Assembly: GCA_963664305.2 (NCBI GenBank)
Contig: CAXXLV010000001.1
Coordinates: forward strand, 448,001 to 512,000
Reading direction: 5' to 3'
DNA: 64,000 nucleotides
Source of the DNA: an uncultured Aliarcobacter sp.
Lineage (GTDB): Bacteria > Campylobacterota > Campylobacteria > Campylobacterales > Arcobacteraceae
Numbering within the stretch: the stretch's first letter is position 1; each line of letters opens with the position of its first letter. The notes under the pieces are model-generated. The model worked only from the letters and a program-made list of their open reading frames with translations, had not been told where the DNA came from and did not search any database. The translations under genes and the position numbers were made by a program. This document shows positions 61,248 to 64,000 of this stretch, one piece after another.

Positions 61248-63140
61248 TTAATCAATTGGAATTATTATTTCAAATAAAGCACCTTCATAACTTTTTCCTT
61301 CATACTCAAAAGTTACATTTTTGGTATTTATTTCTCCATTCATACTTTTACTAATTATTTCTCTACTCATATAAAGACCTATTCCAGTACCTTCAGATTG
61401 ATTTTTTGTTGTAAAATAAGGTTCAAATATTCTAGTAATTATATCTGTTGGAATTCCTCCTGCATTATCTTTAATTTGTACTAAAAGATTTTTTTGATTT
61501 TTTAAAACATCAATAAAAATTAATTTTTCATAATCTTTATCTTTTTTGATAAGTTCATCTCTTGCGTTATTTAAAATATTAATCAATACTTGCATTAACT
61601 CATTTTCAAAAGAGTTTATTTTTACATCTTGACCATTTTTTATTATTGTTATTCCGTTAGACCTAAATTGTAAATCAACTAAATTTATAACTTTATTTAT
61701 TGTTTCTAAAATTCTAAACTCTTTTTTATTTTTATCTGGTTTATAAAAATTCCTAAAATCATCAATCGTAGTAGATAAATATTGTACTGAGTTGTTTATT
61801 TGTTCTAATCCTTCAATTAAAAACTTATCTTCTAAAATATTCAACTCTTTTTGTAACTTCATTCCTGTTGCTGATGTAGAAATAGATGATAAAGGTTGTC
61901 TCCATTGATGAGCAATATTTCCAATCATTTCACCCATTGCAGCCATTTTTGCTTGTTGAGCTATAATATTTTGTTGTTTAGTTCTTTCATTTTGATATTT
62001 TTTAAATTTTTCTTGTAAAATTTTTGAAAAATAAATAGATATTATCATCAAAAATAAGATTAGAATACATGTAAATATTATTGTTTTAAAAAGATAATCT
62101 CTAAATTCTTGGTTTAATTCCTCTTTTTTATCATTAATAGCTCTTTGCATATCATCTTCATAAAATCCTGTTCCAATCATCCAAGACCAATTATTCAGAC
62201 CTTTTACAAAACTTATTTTTTTAATAGATTGTTCATTATCTGGCTTTTTATTTTGTATATATGTATAAAATCCTTCACCTTTTTTAGATATTTCAATTAA
62301 ATCTTCAATAACTTTTTTTATTTCAACAGTATCATTATTTTTTATTGCATTTTGTCCTACAAACTCTTTTCTTATATGACTTAAATATATTGAATCATAA
62401 TTAATAACAAATATATATCCATTATTTCCAAATCTTATCTCTCTTATATTTCTTAAAACTCTCTCTTGAACCTCTTTTTCAAAATCTTCTAAATATTCAC
62501 CTGTACCAATAAACCAATCAAATTGAGGAAGATTTCTGACTAATCCAATTTTTTTTCTTTGAACATCTGGCTTTATTGGATTGTACCAATACCATTCGTA
62601 AAATGCTTCGTCGTTTTTAGATAAAAGATTTGTCATATCTCTTATAATATATGAACCTTTTGCATCTTGATGATTCCAAAAACTTTTTCCTTCAAGCTCT
62701 TTATTATATGGTAATAAAACATTCTTTCCACTGTTTTCATATATAAAATAGTAACCTCTACCACTATTAAATCTCACATTTCTTAAAGCATCAATAACTA
62801 ATTTTTTGATTTCATCTTTACTTTTATCTAAATTATTTTCGTAAATAGTATTTGATATATTATAGGCTGTATCAATTGCTTCTTTTAGAGTTTTTCTTAG
62901 TTCTAATTCTGTGTATTCTTGTTCTCTTTTAATATAATCATAAACTTCATAAACCCTTTGTTTGATAAGTTCTTCATTTTTTTGAATATATTCTAAACGA
63001 ATTTTTTCTTTATCTTTTTCAAATTTCTTTTTATTATCCCAAAAAGATGCAGTCAAAACAAAAATTGTAATTGTAAGAACAAAAATTGTAGGAGTATATT
63101 TTATAATTCTTAATAGCTTTTTTTCATTTTCAAATACCAT
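61248..63140 (-). CDS. Cache-domain sensor histidine kinase (no adjacent regulator)
   Basis: Two TM helices flanking tandem Cache domains (GYYFI...WFIGTG, GYIFV...WMIGTG); H-box AHQWRQPL; DNAGGI, FEPYFTTK and GTGIGLY motifs. Confidence 0.93.
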   Translation of the reverse strand: MVFENEKKLLRIIKYTPTIFVLTITIFVLTASFWDNKKKFEKDKEKIRLEYIQKNEELIKQRVYEVYDYIKREQEYTELELRKTLKEAIDTAYNISNTIYENNLDKSKDEIKKLVIDALRNVRFNSGRGYYFIYENSGKNVLLPYNKELEGKSFWNHQDAKGSYIIRDMTNLLSKNDEAFYEWYWYNPIKPDVQRKKIGLVRNLPQFDWFIGTGEYLEDFEKEVQERVLRNIREIRFGNNGYIFVINYDSIYLSHIRKEFVGQNAIKNNDTVEIKKVIEDLIEISKKGEGFYTYIQNKKPDNEQSIKKISFVKGLNNWSWMIGTGFYEDDMQRAINDKKEELNQEFRDYLFKTIIFTCILILFLMIISIYFSKILQEKFKKYQNERTKQQNIIAQQAKMAAMGEMIGNIAHQWRQPLSSISTSATGMKLQKELNILEDKFLIEGLEQINNSVQYLSTTIDDFRNFYKPDKNKKEFRILETINKVINLVDLQFRSNGITIIKNGQDVKINSFENELMQVLINILNNARDELIKKDKDYEKLIFIDVLKNQKNLLVQIKDNAGGIPTDIITRIFEPYFTTKNQSEGTGIGLYMSREIISKSMNGEINTKNVTFEYEGKSYEGALFEIIIPID

Positions 63141-63348
63141 TTGTTCCCTTTTTCATAGAATGTGATTATAGCAAACAAATCATTATTTATAAAAGATAAA
63201 TAACAATATACATATAAAACTTATTATTGAGAAAAAGAATTTTAAAATAGAAATAAATTCTATACATTTTTAGCTGTAAAAAAAGCTTTAAAAGTATTGA
63301 TTCTTTGGGATTAGTTTAGATTTATTTGGATTGTTTTAGATTGAAAAG

Positions 63349-63424
63349 TGGAGGAGGTAGTCGGACTCGAACCAACGCATGTCGGATTTGCAATCCGAGG
63401 CATTACCAGCTTTGCTATACCTCC
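63349..63424 (-). tRNA. tRNA-Cys (GCA)
   Basis: Cloverleaf GGAGGTA.../TACCTCC-T-CCA, anticodon arm TCGGA-TTGCAAA-TCCGA, T-loop GTTCGA. Confidence 0.95.
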
Positions 63425-63488
63425 AACAAAATATTGGATAAGTTAAATCAAATAATGATAAAAAGTTAAATGATTTAAGTTTAAAAAA

Positions 63489-63577
63489 TGGCAGAGAGCA
63501 AGGGATTCGAACCCTCGGAGGCGTGAACCTCGCCGGTTTTCAAAACCGGTACAATCGACCAACTCTGTCAACTCTCT
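63489..63577 (-). tRNA. tRNA-Ser (TGA)
   Basis: Anticodon arm CCGGT-TTTGAAA-ACCGG, long variable arm, GTTCGAATC, GCCA end. Confidence 0.95.
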
Positions 63578-63589
63578 ACTCATTAATAA

Positions 63590-63676
63590 TGGTGCGAATG
63601 ATCGGAATCGAACCGATACTCCCAAACGGGAATTGGATTTTAAGTCCAACGCGTCTACCTGTTCCGCCACACTCGC
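63590..63676 (-). tRNA. tRNA-Leu (TAA)
   Basis: Anticodon arm TTGGA-CTTAAAA-TCCAA, long variable arm, GTTCGATTC, ACCA end. Confidence 0.95.
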
Positions 63677-63721
63677 TTTTATAGGTAAGCAATTTAAGTC
63701 TTTCACTCAAATTGGACTGGA

Positions 63722-63750
63722 ATTATAATAGCTTTTTTTCTTTTTGTCAA
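63722..63750 (-). promoter_or_regulatory. Consensus sigma70 promoter of the tRNA operon
   Basis: Perfect TTGACA-17bp-TATAAT on the minus strand. Confidence 0.85.
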
Positions 63751-63865
63751 GAGTTTTTTAACAAAAATTGTAAATTTCTAAATATTTATTCTATTTAATA
63801 AAAAATGAACAGCAATAAATGTATAATCTAGCCATATAAATTACGCATATTTAAAGGATAATACA

Positions 63866-64000
63866 TTGAGAAGTGATGAAGTAAAAAAAGGATTTGATAG
63901 AACACCTCATAGATCATTATTAAGAGCAACAGGACTTAAAGACGAAGACTTTGATAAACCATTTATTGGAGTTGCAAACTCTTTTATTGAATTAATTCCA
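63866..64000 (+). CDS. ilvD: Dihydroxy-acid dehydratase, 5' part (runs off the right edge)
   Basis: TTG start after SD AAAGGA; reads [23 protein letters not shown]...KPFIGVANS. Confidence 0.9.
   Translation, partial: MRSDEVKKGFDRTPHRSLLRATGLKDEDFDKPFIGVANSFIELIP

Noticed and set aside
63443..63706. 87-aa ORF in the ORF track
   Set aside because: It overlaps tRNA-Leu and tRNA-Ser on the same strand; spurious translation of tRNA genes

Overview
Very AT-rich chromosomal segment of an Arcobacteraceae-type (Arcobacter/Aliarcobacter, Campylobacterota) bacterium, judged from gene content and order. Most of it is core housekeeping DNA, largely on the minus strand: cbb3 oxidase operon ccoNOQP with its accessory genes and an addB-like gene, uvrD-truB-ispE-smpB, trxA/trxB-dapB-purF, alaS, lysA-pheA-hisC-dxs, gap-pgk-tpiA-fabI, nadD-rsfS, argS/tatA, ctpA-purC-purS-purQ, dksA-truD, a tRNA-Leu/Ser/Cys operon and the start of ilvD. 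The main accessory zone (about 19-36 kb) holds tandem NlpC/P60 lipoproteins, transporters and a nearly complete but divergent Tad (Flp/type IVc) pilus locus at 25.5-35.3 kb. All three of its pilins have Asp at +3 in place of the canonical Glu+5, its TadZ has a Walker A loop with no Lys and a possible sensory N-terminus, its RcpC has an SH3b-like tail, and no TadD is visible. Other candidates are an anti-Shine-Dalgarno hairpin sRNA (about 22.42-22.52 kb), an uncharacterised ABC plus Cys-motif membrane protein operon, a cryptic YfgM/BamB-like pair, an ADE1-type PurC in the ancestral purC slot, clean absence of csrA and fliFGH from their usual syntenic positions, and two small ORFs missed by the ORF track. 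No IS element, integrase, prophage, CRISPR array or rRNA gene was seen. All calls come from reading motifs by eye; no database search was run.
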